Of a stretch of DNA of 63,721 nt, positions 25,889 through 38,192 are shown piece after piece (the stretch's first letter is position 1; every line of letters begins with the position of its first letter). The notes under the pieces are model-generated. The model saw only the letters and a program-made list of their open reading frames with translations. It ran no database searches and was not told the origin of the DNA. Origin of the DNA: Rhina ancylostomus (taxonomy: Eukaryota); assembly GCA_030265395.1 (NCBI GenBank), contig JARFYF010000104.1:61807215-61870935 (forward strand). Direction: 5' to 3'. A program made the position numbers and the translations under genes.

Positions 25889-27750
25889 NNNNNNNNNNNN
25901 NNNNNNNNNNNNNNNNNNNNNNNNNNNNNNNNNNNNNNNNNNNNNNNNNNNNNNNNNNNNNNNNNNNNNNNNNNNNNNNNNNNNNNNNAGCTGACATGTT
26001 GCATGAAACTGGAAACATGACAGGACAAGATTACATTTAAGCTGATGGTCAATTATAAGGCGCATTGTCTCATTGCAGTATTAAAATAACAAATTCACTT
26101 GTACCCCTTGTTCCCACCTCTCTTAGCCTCTGAAACAGGGCAGGTTGAGAGCAGATTACGGGCTTTTTACATTTTTGCAGGTCATGTGACCCAAAACCAT
26201 CTTTTGTTTTGGGGGTGTATAGGGAATAGGTTAAAGTTCACTCAAAATCATTCTCATTAAAACAATCCTACTTTACATTGGACTGGTTGAAGTTTTCCAT
26301 CTGCTTTCTCCTTTTTGCATTTACCATTGTAATGGTGCTCTTACAATGGGTACTCCCAACAGGCAATCTCTACTCATGTAATGTGAGTACAGTGAACAAT
26401 TCATATTCAATGTCCACTCATGTTCAAGTTCATCTGCAATATCAGTGGTTTACCTTTTAGTGTGAATTTTTGGATTAAAGGCTCTCACCATGTATTCCTG
26501 TCCTTTAAAGACCAATCAAACTGCCAACCTGCTTAATTTGGGCTAAAGCCAGAAATTCAGTTTTTTTACAAGATTTATAATAACTTTATGAAAACACTAA
26601 AAGAGATAGAAGAATTAGAAAATTTTTAGCCAACATATTCAGATTATAGCAAAATTAATGATCTCTGAATATTTCCCTGAACTTTTTAATTTTGCATTTA
26701 TTGATAAACATGTTTTAAGTAGTCAGATTTCACTATCACAATGGGAACAAGAAAAAGTTGCCAAAATATAATTTGGAATGAATGAATCAAGAAAAAATCC
26801 TTGAGCCAAGCCTTGTTGGGAAATTCAGACAGTTACATGTCAAACCATTGGCTTTTCTCCACATAAGTGACAGCAAGTTGGTATTTCCAGATGAACACTG
26901 AAGTCCTGAAGTTGTTGGGCTTTTGGTGATTGTGTTTAGACACTAGGTTCTTCAGGGACTCCAGTGGGGGAAAGTGAATCTGCTTCAATCCTTCAGTACC
27001 GGCACTGGGGGAGTCAGCCTGCTGAACTTCCACTTGAACTACTGTGTGTAGTTTTGTTTTTTTTAAGGGAAGCAGTGCAGCAAAGGTTATCTTGCAGTGT
27101 GGATAATGGGATTGACTTTTGAGGAAAGATCAAACAGAATAGCCCCTACTTTCAGAAGAATGAGAGTTAATCTTATTGAAACACTAATTCCATCCAATCC
27201 AATGGAAAGTAATGTGTGTAAAAGATAAATTTATTAATTAGATAATTTACTTTATTTGAATTATAAGGACTTAATTAACATGCTTTTAATAGTTTAAATT
27301 TTAGGTAGTTTAATTTATTATTACATTTATTTTTTTAATTGTTTCATTGTTTTTTAATAGTTTTTGTATGTTTCTGAATGTCAGGGCTATTCAACATTGT
27401 TCAAAGTCATTGATGGGTTTGACAGATGGTAAAAGTTAGGTGTATGACTTAGCCAGCTTCAAAGTTTTTCAGTTTTACTGTTCAGTTCTACTGACCCACC
27501 CATGTGATGGTGTTGCTTTGCTCCTTGCACCAAGTCCCATTCAGCATTACTATGCACTTCCTATTCTATGCAGGGTCACAGTTAAATAAGGTTTGAAAAT
27601 TCTCATCCTTGTTTTCAAGATATGGTGAGGCAAGTTGGGAAACATCAAATCAGTTGACCAAACTTTGGTAAAATTGTTGCTTTGACATATTTTGAAATGT
27701 TTAGTTGAAATTGCTGCATCAACCTAACATTTATTTTTTCTACACTTCAG

Positions 27751-27946
27751 GGAATCCTGGGTTTGGACCACAATGCAAAGCAATTGGGAAAGGCACCAGC
27801 AACAATCTAGTGGTTACAAGCAGTCCCATGACAGTCCAGAGAACAGGGCTTCTACCAAGCCAAGCAATCGTCCCTGGCAACCACCTTAATCGGGCAATAT
27901 GTCATCAGATGAACCCAAATCTAAACATTCCTGCTACAGATACAAG
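27751..27946 (+). CDS. GLIS3: GLIS3 internal coding exon (equivalent to mammalian exon 3)
   Basis: Encodes GNPGFGPQCKAIGKGTSNNLVVTSSPMTVQRTG...NLNIPATDTR, matching the recalled human GLIS3 segment GFGPQCKSIGKGSCNNLVVTSSPMMVQR...NLNIPPSDTR. Acceptor ttttttctacacttcAG at 27749-27750. Donor AAG|gtcttg at 27947 is phase 2, matching the next exon (AG+A = Arg). Confidence 0.9.
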
Positions 27947-30900
27947 GTCTTGTAAAGTTCTTGGAATTTTAAATTCATTGATTTAATTGACCATTTCATT
28001 TCCAATTCAAATTCTGAACTTGATAATTTAAGGTATCTAATTTTTAAAAAGTTTCACTTGCTACAGTATGCATAGAGTGAGAAAGATGGATTGATTCATC
28101 TAACTGAAAACAAGACATTTTATGCACTCACATTAAGGTTGTGTTGTAGTAAATCAGCCTGGTATTGCCTGAATATCTGTTTGTTGGATACAAATTTAAC
28201 AAGTTGCACACTTTTTTGAGAGGTTTCGCCCAAATGTTGTGAATGCAAGTAGCTCTTTCCAAATTTGGGCAACTTCATATAAAATGGTCCTATACCAAAA
28301 TTAGTCATCTTTCATCAGTTCACTCTACTATAACTATTCACCATCCAAAATGGTTGGTGTTGGAATATACTTGATTTTAAAAAGGCACGTGACCTTAGTA
28401 TTGCATCTAGATTTCATTTTCAGTTATCTGATACCTTATGTTTAGTAGTAATGTCACTGGGCATTCCAAAATCAATTTGGATTCAGAAAAAGAAAAGTTC
28501 CGACAAATGCAGATTACGGTTCACTTCAGTCACCTTTTGACCACTCTTTCTTATCCCATGATCCAAATCTTCAGGGCTTGTTAGGAATACCTGAAGAATC
28601 CTTTGGTATTTTGCCTAAACTTCAGAAGGGATAAGTACAGCATAACAGACCTACACCTGAATTCTGCTGGAACAGACTAAAGTAGAGTGGACAAGGGACT
28701 GCTTTAGTATAGACCAGATAAAATGTTTAAATCAGTTATGGACTATGCAAATTTCACCCTGTGGGTGGTGTAACTGTTAGAGACCCTGAAGATACAGATG
28801 AAGAGGACAAGGAGGAAGAAGAAAAGGTTGAAGGCAATAAGTAACCAGGATGATTACTGGGATTGAATTCCTTTCCATTTTGTTTTCAGCTGCCCATTGG
28901 CATAAGAGGTTTGTTCTAAGTTGAGCGCACCAGCTAGTCAATACAGAACTGCTGTGCTGCTGACAATAAACTGTCCCAGGTCTGAGTCTGAAAAAGAGTG
29001 AGCCCAGGAATGGCCATCCACAAGTGCAAGTTAAGTCAAATAAGCATCCTAGACATCTCTTAAATTCACCCCTAGTTATTATAAAACCATTTGTGAAGTA
29101 GATGTATCATTTATTTTTCCCCTCCTATGGGAAATACTTTATACACATCTATCTTAATTTTGCGTTATTCTGATGACACACATAAAATCTACCCAACTCT
29201 CTATTCTGCCTTCAAAGCCATTATAATTTATTTATGCAGAATTATGTAGTTTGAAATTGATATTTAACTTAAGGATAGTTTGAGATTGGTATTACTAGTC
29301 CCACACAATACATAACTTACAGTACACTTGCTTAATAAGAAGCACTGTAGTGTTTTATGAGCTGCAGCCATATGTTAGGGAAGTTTTTCAAATCATTGAA
29401 GAGAGATGTAGGTGTATGTCAGTTTGATTTAAAAGGCTCACAATGCTGTAATTGTAATGCTGTCAGTGTGGCATGAGAACACTTCTGTCATACTCAAAAC
29501 TGAAGCATAAAGTACAAAAGTGTGCATTCCAAATAGATCTTGATACAAAATGGTAATAAAAATTTATTTTATATGTATTTTGGATCTAATTGGCTCCTTA
29601 GTTAAACTATACATTTGGGCAGTTGGTTTAAATGGTATCTTATTTAAGTATCTTTAGTTTCTGCATTTTGTGCCCGTAGCTTTTTTTGAGTTGTTCACTT
29701 AGACAAGTGACAAAGATAAAGCTACCAGCAAAACAACTTCAGCTGAAGTTAGTCAATACTCAATTAACAGCAGAGGCTAGAAAATATATCAGAAGTCTTT
29801 ACCAGGTACACCAAGATTCATGTGTACTACACTGCCAATCTAATCTAATAAAGTGGTCAAAGAATTTCCTGATTTTCTTTTCCTGTACTGCAAAAAAAGA
29901 TTTAAAACTTTTGCTTTGTAATTTAAATGGTGAAAAATAGCTGTGTTACTGCATCTTTCATTTACTCAGTAAACTTTAAACATTTGAATTAGAGTAAATT
30001 ACATTTAAAATAGTGGACTGGATTTATCTCAGTAAAGCGAAACAATATTAGGGGATAGCGGTTCAATATCCTGATCCACTTTCCCTGTTTGGGGGCTTTT
30101 GGTTAATTGAGTCTAAGTCTCGAGCAAGTCCACCAAAGATAAAAGAGATAAATGAACTGAGTGCCATTGCTGTACGAAATGAATACACATCATACAACTG
30201 TATAATGTGAGCAAATCCTGAGTCTATTAGAAAACTTAGTTCGGAAAGTACAACATTAGATGGTCATCTGTGTGTGTGACAAAGCACCTTTGTAAGAGAG
30301 TCAATACCAGGGCTTTCCTACTCACAGTTTCAACCTGGAGTCACTAATGCATCTCATTCTAAAGGAGATTCAGACCTGAATCTGCAATCAAGACTACTTA
30401 TCATTATTGGCACATCTATCAATAATTTATAACTCAGCAATTCTGATGACATTTTAATTTTTAACAATATTATTAATTTGTGTTTTGAAACCAATGTAAA
30501 AATATTGTACTAAAATGTGTTCATTGTCCTTTTAAGCTGAAGCTCTCTTGTAATTTATACAAGTTCACAGGTTGGTCATAACATAACCCTAAGGACAGAA
30601 CCTCAAAGGTTAATTGTTTTCTTCCACCCCCACCCCATCCTTCTCTTTGCTGTGATTATCCATTAACAGAGTGGAAGCAAATGGTTATCTCATGGGTGAA
30701 AATAAAGGTCAACGTTTATGTATCTTGAAGTTACTTAGCAGTACAAAAACAAAACCAGGATATTGTTTTAGCTGCCTCTATGACACTTGCAATTCTAATT
30801 ATGTGATCACTGACTTAATTAATCTATGCAGGAATTTCAGTAATTTTGAAGGTAGGGAAATTTGGTTAGAGACAAACGTGCTCAAGGGCAAATTGTGGAC

Positions 30901-32959
30901 ATGCTGCCTTGTGTCATTTGTGAATATTATTCTTTGCCGACATCAGGAATGTACTTGGAATGTCTGTGGTTTTAACTGCAGACATACCATGTAAAAGCTT
31001 CTAACAAGTGTTAGTTCTACACTTCACCCTAATTTCAAGGTTGTAAGATACAAAGCAGAACTTTGACTTCTAAGTTACAATGTAAAAGTGTTGGCCTAGA
31101 AATTCAGCTATACTTGAAAACATGTGTTATGATGGTGTCTTTGGGGGAATCCCAGTATTATAATTTCATGACAAGGACTTAGGCACTCAGAGGATCCAAT
31201 TTTGAAATATTTCCCATCATTGTACATTGACCAAGAGTAATTTCGGGAGTTCCATGCATGAGCTGGAATTAACCTGCTTTATTTTATGTCCTAATTAATG
31301 CCATGCTTGCACTTCCTTGATGGGAAGGTGATCACTAATATCAACCACTGCTGGAAGNNNNNNNNNNGGAACACCCAGTAAAAAGGACTGACGTGTAAGC
31401 ACCCTGTTTTACTGATACATACCAATAGGTTGTGATAACTGGCTAGAGACGTAGGGAAAGTCTTGTTATGCCAGAGTTAGAAGCTACCAAGTGCTGAAGT
31501 GGGAGGAGATGGTCAGTGAGATAAATGCCTGAAGTTCCAATGCCACAGAAAGTTTAAAGGCCTTGCATGTTTGGTGAAACTTAGCAAAACAACAACAAAT
31601 CCCATCAGCCAACAACTGTACTAAAGTGCATGCAAACCAACCATCACTTTGGTATTTACTCATATTCATCTCAGACTTCTAACACACTTAACAGCTATTC
31701 AACCATGGTGTATCATACACATAGATTGCAATACATTCATTAACACAATTCTCCTGAGCAAGAGAAGATCCCACAAAATTGCAAATTACAGCAGCAGCCT
31801 AGACAGTGCCTTAATATGCCTACAGGCTTTTTCTGCTAATTAGATGGGTGTGCTGTTGGTGAGAATGGGGTTTTTTGACACAGCAACAGTCATCACCTTA
31901 GGATAAGAATAATTGAGGATTCCATTGTGCTCATATTTTATCTGTTTTCTCACTTCTCACTGCCCTACCCCTTTACATAATTTCTTCTGCTAGGTTTGAA
32001 TGTGCCTCTCTCATTTGCTCTCTCTGCTTGTCATGATCAGCCCTGTACCCTTCTCATTTTGGACAAGTAACATTTGGCCTGGCTCCAGCAGTGGAGTCAC
32101 CACAAATAAAGAAAGAAGCATACACCACATCTGTGCATCGGCCAGTTCCATCTGTCATCTGTGGTACCTACACTTTAAGAACCATAGAGGAAAGTTTAGA
32201 AAGGGGATGTGCATATATAGATGTATCAAGCAGGATTGGAATTCAGGTCCACCAGGAAGGAAGGGGAGCTTAGGTGCCAGCTCCAGAGGGATATTCATGG
32301 ACCAATTCTGCTTCAGAGAACCAATTTAAAGAATATTGAGAGGCCATCTACAGATGAAGGTTGTTGAGCAAATATATTTTCTCTTTCCTGTGTTTGTTCC
32401 TTTGCCATTTTGGAGCTTTTCCCATAACAACAATGAGTGCCGCCAGTAACATTCACCATCATTTTTCCAGTGATAATGAATAAAGAAAAAGCCTAATCCC
32501 AATGGTGATATAGTTCCCATGTTGCCATCTTTCTGCTATTTTTCATTTCAAATAAATCACGAAAGTCAGAAAGGAATAATCAAGATATGAAACTCAACGA
32601 TTCAATCCTTGGTTCTATAATTGAATTTCAGGACCATTATATTTAATATGGCACACAATGCTGGAAGTATATGTAAATATCAATAAAATCTGGTCTCAAT
32701 GATGTTCTTGGGCAACAACTAAAATCTATTTTAAAGTGTGTGCAGTTTAAATATTAAGGAATTGATTCAGTGAATTAATGTATCATGTATATCTATAGGA
32801 AATACTAGAACGGAGGTCAGCATTATTAGCAGGATTTTATGTCTATCAATATTTCTAAAAATGCTGACATCTACAGCCCTATAACAACAATAGCTCGTGG
32901 ATATCTGAATAGAATAGAGTACACTATAACACTTAGCTAATGATGTATTATTATTATCA

Positions 32960-32995
32960 TTTTTCAGTGGACTGTTTCAACAGTCCACTGAAAAA
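32960..32995. repeat. Perfect inverted repeat, 17-bp arms with 2-nt spacer
   Basis: TTTTTCAGTGGACTGTT-TC-AACAGTCCACTGAAAAA. Confidence 0.95.
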
Positions 32996-33249
32996 GACTG
33001 AATTTTGCCTATGGTCTCTTGTCGAACAAGCTGGGTAAAACCAGGAGATAGTGTAAGTGATGAACTTAATCTTTTTTTTGGTCCATTTTCCCATGTCCCT
33101 CCTTGGCATTGTCACATTGCATTGTTTACGTTATGCATGGTTACCATTTTGATATATTATGATGAGATAGTATAGAACTTTCTATTATCAGTCAAGTATA
33201 AGCACACATTTAGAGACAATTTCATAAAAGGTTTTTCAGAGCTCACAAA

Positions 33250-33538
33250 TCAAGTTGCCTCACAGGTGAATAAGGTAGTTAAGAAAGCTTATGGGATGTT
33301 AGCTTTCATAAGTCAAGGAACTGAGTTTAAGAGCTGCGAGGTAATGATGCAGCTCTATAAAACTCTGGTTAGACCACACTTGGAGTACTGTGTCCAGTTN
33401 NNNNNNNNNNNNNNNNNNNNNNNNNNNNNNNNNNNNNNNNNNNNNNNNNNNNNNNNNNNNNNNNNNNNNNNNNNNNNNNNNNNNNNNNNNNNNNNNNNNC
33501 TGAAGGGCCTGTATTGTGCTGTACTGTTCTACGTTCTA
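33250..33538 (+). mobile_element. Young CR1 (HER1-type) LINE 3' portion, interrupted by a gap
   Basis: VNKVVKKAYGMLAFISQGTEFKSCEVMMQLYKTLVRPHLEYCVQ; after the gap, tail ctgaagggcctgtattgtgctgtactgttctacgttcta. Confidence 0.9.
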
Positions 33539-36500
33539 AAAGTTATTTTGAAATTCTGCTTAAAGTTATTACATTTAAAAGAAAGATGATCATTCAAAGT
33601 TTCGGTTCTGAAATGTAACCTGTTTAGCTTCTAAAATCAAAATCTGCTCAAATAACGAAGTACCTAAAATAAAAACTCCATGTTTTTAAAAATTGCACAA
33701 AATTACTTTACTTACAAATGGCCAAGCTAAATTTCATAGGTAAAATTCCATTTCAGATGTCTTGCATGCAGAACTGTTTGGAAGAACACTTGCATTTTCT
33801 CCACATTCAGCTGATCAGAATAAGTTGGCTCTCCAAGAAAATTCTATCTTGATGGTTCATTTGCTTGCAACCAAGAGGTTTCCAATTCTAGTCACTGGTA
33901 TTTTCTGGGTAATCAAATGCAGTCAGGTGTGGACATTTCAGTCAGCTTCACAATTACTTCTTAAAGTAATGGGAAACTACCCAATTTCTTCTCTTGATCA
34001 GAAACCAGCAATTCCTGAATGTTAGTATATCTTTGATAAAGAACAGACCATGCTGGCTATACTGTCAGACAGCAGTTCAAGAGGCTACCAGAACACATCT
34101 TCAGCTTGCTACATAAAGAATAATCTTTGAATGAGTTACCAAAGAAAGGCCTGACACTCTCAACACTAAAAGAGATTGAACCTTCATTGAAGAAAAGATG
34201 GACAGGAGCAAAACTGGCGGAATACAACAGGTTTTTTTTAAGTGAACATGCTTTGTCTTTGGCAATGCTACAAAATGCAGCCCATCTTCAATTTTACTTA
34301 GTTGGCTGCATCCTTGATGTCTTGTATTTGTAGTACTACATTTTACTACTACTTGGCTGCCTTATACATAAACAATGCAATATTGATGGTATTCTGTCGG
34401 CCTTTCTGCACTTACACATTTCTTATTCTTCTGCTGTTAGATGCTGGCAGGCAGAAAGTGGGAAACACAAAATTACTGTCTTCTTAGATAAATTAGCAAC
34501 ATTGCACTTTTCAGTGGTAGAAAAATAATAGAGCTGCTTGTTGAAAGGCAAAGAAGCAAATAACTTAAAAGGTTGAATTTGTGGCACTTTGGCTGAGTTC
34601 CCAAAGTGGTTTACACACAGGGATTATTTTTTAATGTACTTGCTGTATTTTTGCTGATAAATGCAACAAGTAATGTAAACTCAATAGTATCTCACAATTA
34701 GCAGCTGAGCAAATTTCTAGAGCTGTTATTCTGGAATTATTTGGAAACTGCCACGCGTGTACTATGTAGTCACTTTTTGAATTAAGCTTCAGTGCCTCCA
34801 CTGAATTGATTATCCTTTCTGAATACTCTTTGTAATGAATGCCATGGGATTATCAATTTGAATAAACTCCCCCCCCCCAANNNNNNNNNNNNNNNNNNNN
34901 NNNNNNNNNNNNNNNNNNNNNNNNNNNNNNNNNNNNNNNNNNNNNNNNNNNNNNNNNNNNNNNNNNNNNNNNNNNNNNNNNNNNNNNNNNNNNNNNNNNN
35001 NNNNNNNNNNNNNNNNNNNNNNNNNNNNNNNNNNNNNNNNNNNNNNNNNNNNNNNNNNNNNNNNNNNNNNNNNNNNNNNNNNNNNNNNNNNNNNNNNNNN
35101 NNNNNNNNNNNNNNNNNNNNNNNNNNNNNNNNNNNNNNNNNNNNNNNNNNNNNNNNNNNNNNNNNNNNNNNNNNNNNNNNNNNNNNNNNNNNNNNNNNNN
35201 NNNNNNNNNNNNNNNNNNNNNNNNNNNNNNNNNNNNNNNNNNNNNNNNNNNNNNNNNNNNNNNNNNNNNNNNNNNNNNNNNCCACAGTTACATTTGTGTT
35301 CAAATATTGTAAAATTCTGAAACTAGTTGCAAGCCCCAGGAATTATACATGCTATTCAAATGCAAGAAGAAAACACCCAACTGCATTTTCTGGGTAACAT
35401 TGTATTCTATCATCATCGCATGGTGTATTCAGAACATGTCCTTTTATATATCAAACTCCAATAAACCAGAATTTATGATAATCAGTAACTTTAACCTTGG
35501 ATTAAAAGGCTCAACTTAAGAATTTTTCTTTCTTCCAGTAAATGTAGTATGAAGTTAAATTCTCATTCTGACTCTGAAGCTATCCTGCTGCCTCTCCTAC
35601 CCTTGTGAAGAAAATTGTAGTAAAGTTGGCTGTATGATTGCACCTGATATTCCCCCTAGATATTCTAACTAATTATGATAAAATTATTTCAAATATAAGA
35701 TGAACACTTATTTATCTAGAAATTTATCCCTGGTTAAAGCTACTTTATAGGATAATTCTCCAAAACACTGGCACAACTGACCTCGGATAAATTTCTAGCA
35801 GGAGTGTCCATTTCTACTGTTTAGGCCTGCTTCTATAATTCTCTTTTAAAAATCCCTTAGGAACATCACTTAACCTATATGTTTGGAAGCTACTCTCAGT
35901 ATTTCCAGAAATATGTGGGCAAACATATCACATGGCACACTAAAGTGTCTAAATCATTGTATCAGGGTTCTCTGAATTTGATCCCAAGCATTGTTTAATC
36001 CAGCCATGGGAGTTTGATAAATTAGAGCTGTAGTAATAGACAGAAACTATGAATAGGATAAAGACTTTTACTACAAATGGTTGTGTTGTATATCTTTTAT
36101 TCTTACAGAGGCAGGTAGACAGAAAGCAATAGTATGTCTGTGTATGCTAATTCAATCCCCTTCCGCAACTGATTTGACTCTCAATTGTCCTTTTCTGTTG
36201 CTTCTCTGTCAATTCTTAAACTTGGTTAAGGAGCTACACAGAAGGTCCCCCAGTTCTCTGAGCTGCCAAGTAACAGCTGCTCAGCACCTCCCAGCATACC
36301 ACAATGTTGTTATCAGATGCATTTCCAGCAATTTATGGCACTTTTTATTGAGCTGACCAATGCAGGGAAACATGTAACTCCATATACTATGGTATGCTTT
36401 GCTACTGTAACATTTGGAGCGATGGAGTATTATTGAATGTTGATGTGCTAGAGTGATCAGATGGTTACAGAATACCTGTTGAGAAACCTGACTCACAGCA

Positions 36501-37156
36501 TCTGTCCACCAATCTCTTTTTCCAATGCAGAAAATTTGAGGCAAGTAAGTAAATTTTGCCTAACCTGAGCCTATGCTCCTTTTAAAGTATACTCCTTTTA
36601 AAAAGCTTAATATATTTATTTGGTGGAAAGTGTACGTTTTTGCAAACAGTCTTCTACACGGAAAACCATCTGAGGACTCATGCTCTGCCAGCTCTCATTA
36701 GCGTGCTTGTGACTTGATGCGTTTCATTATAAATAATACACATCCCATTTTTGAGTCATTTTTCACATCTCTAATAATACACTTGCTTAAAAATTTAGAT
36801 TGCAAGATATGATCGGTCTTTAGAATGGATAAATCTTGCTGTTTTACCATCTGTCCCAGTCCCTGTGCAAATCTAGAGGATGACACACAGTACAATGGTT
36901 AAGCTCTTTTTGTTTACTTCAAAGGAACTGAACTGGCTTTGCTTTAGGAAACTTGAGCTTCCAGGCTGTAGCAATTAGGCACCTTTCCACTGAAAAGGAA
37001 ATTGTATAATTAGGTTAGATTAGGCAACTTCAGAGCATCACTTTTCATTGAAACAGAATATTTCAAGTGACAACTGATATTTTGTCACCTGTGGAAAGGA
37101 GTTGTGACAACTTAGGTTTTATTTTCATTGTCCATTTCTTCTTTCTTTATTTTTAG

Positions 37157-38192
37157 ATCGATTACTTCAGGTGGATCACTAGGCTCAACTGCAGTAAGTT
37201 TTATAGAAAGTCAGTCAACGTTGAACGTGAAGCAAGAGTGGCCACATGGTTACCCAATCCTTCCATCACTCCCATCAAACCAAGGTTCCCAGAATGGCAG
37301 TGAACTAGGGGATGTGCTGAGTATACCACCTGGAACTGCCATGTCAAGTAACAGCACTTCAAACTCTTTACCTTCTTACCTGTTTGGGAATGAAAATAGC
37401 TCACGCAATTCTGCCCGATCTAATTCTGCTCGATCGAGAAAAAGAGGACTTTCCACCTCGCCCTTTTCAGATGGAGTTGGAATCGATCTCATTATTCGTA
37501 CATCTCCAACATCATTAGTAGCATACATCAATGGGTCCAGAGGGTCCCCGGCTAATGTTTCCCCTCAGCCTGAAGTATGTGGGCATTTTCTGGGGGTGAG
37601 AGGTAGTTGCATTCCTCAAGCCTACAATGCAACTGGTAAAGAACGAAATCTATTTACTTTTGCTGACCTTGAAGCTAGCAATGGTGTGTACCAGAGAATG
37701 CAGCAGTTGGAGCACTCTTCATTGCACCCCATGGTGATGAACAACATGGTTGTTCAACAGGGTATTTCAGTGATTGGTAACCAGCAGTATGACACATTCA
37801 AAGATGAGCAACTGGATGAATTCTCATCAGGTATGGAAATACCTGCACTGCCCCAGGGTCCTCCACCACCATATCATGCTCACCGGCATCTTATGACCCA
37901 TTCTCATTCACATGGGCAACCATCACCACAAGGGACACAGCTGGATGAGGATGGTGAACCATCAAGAATTAATGGAAAGCACTGTTGCCGATGGATAGAC
38001 TGCAGTGCAATATATGACGAGCAGGAGGAGCTTGTACGACACATTGAAAAGGCACATATAGACCAGCGTAAAGGAGAAGACTTTACTTGCTTCTGGGCTG
38101 GTTGCCCACGCAGATACAAGCCATTTAATGCTCGCTATAAACTGTTAATCCACATGAGGGTGCATTCAGGAGAAAAGCCCAACAAGTGTACG
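37157..38192 (+). CDS. GLIS3: GLIS3 large coding exon (equivalent to mammalian exon 4): N-terminal conserved region, PPxY motif, C2H2 zinc fingers 1-2
   Basis: ORF contains VKQEW, SNSLPSYLFG, RKRGLSTSPFSDGVGIDLIIRTSPTSLVAYINGSR, GPPPPYHAH and GKHCCRWIDCSAIYDEQEELVRHIEKAHIDQRKGEDFTCFWAGCPRRYKPFNARYKLLIHMRVHSGEKPNKCT. These are GLIS3-type rather than GLIS1/GLI. Polypyrimidine tract plus AG at 37155-37156; donor ACG|gtaggt at 38193 (phase 0). Confidence 0.96.

Larger units (their letters stand above)
27947..37156 (+). other. GLIS3: GLIS3 intron (~9.2 kb, GT-AG, phase 2)
   Basis: Joining the two exons gives ...TDTR|SITSGGSL... in frame, collinear with human ...SDTR SLISRESL.... Confidence 0.85.
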
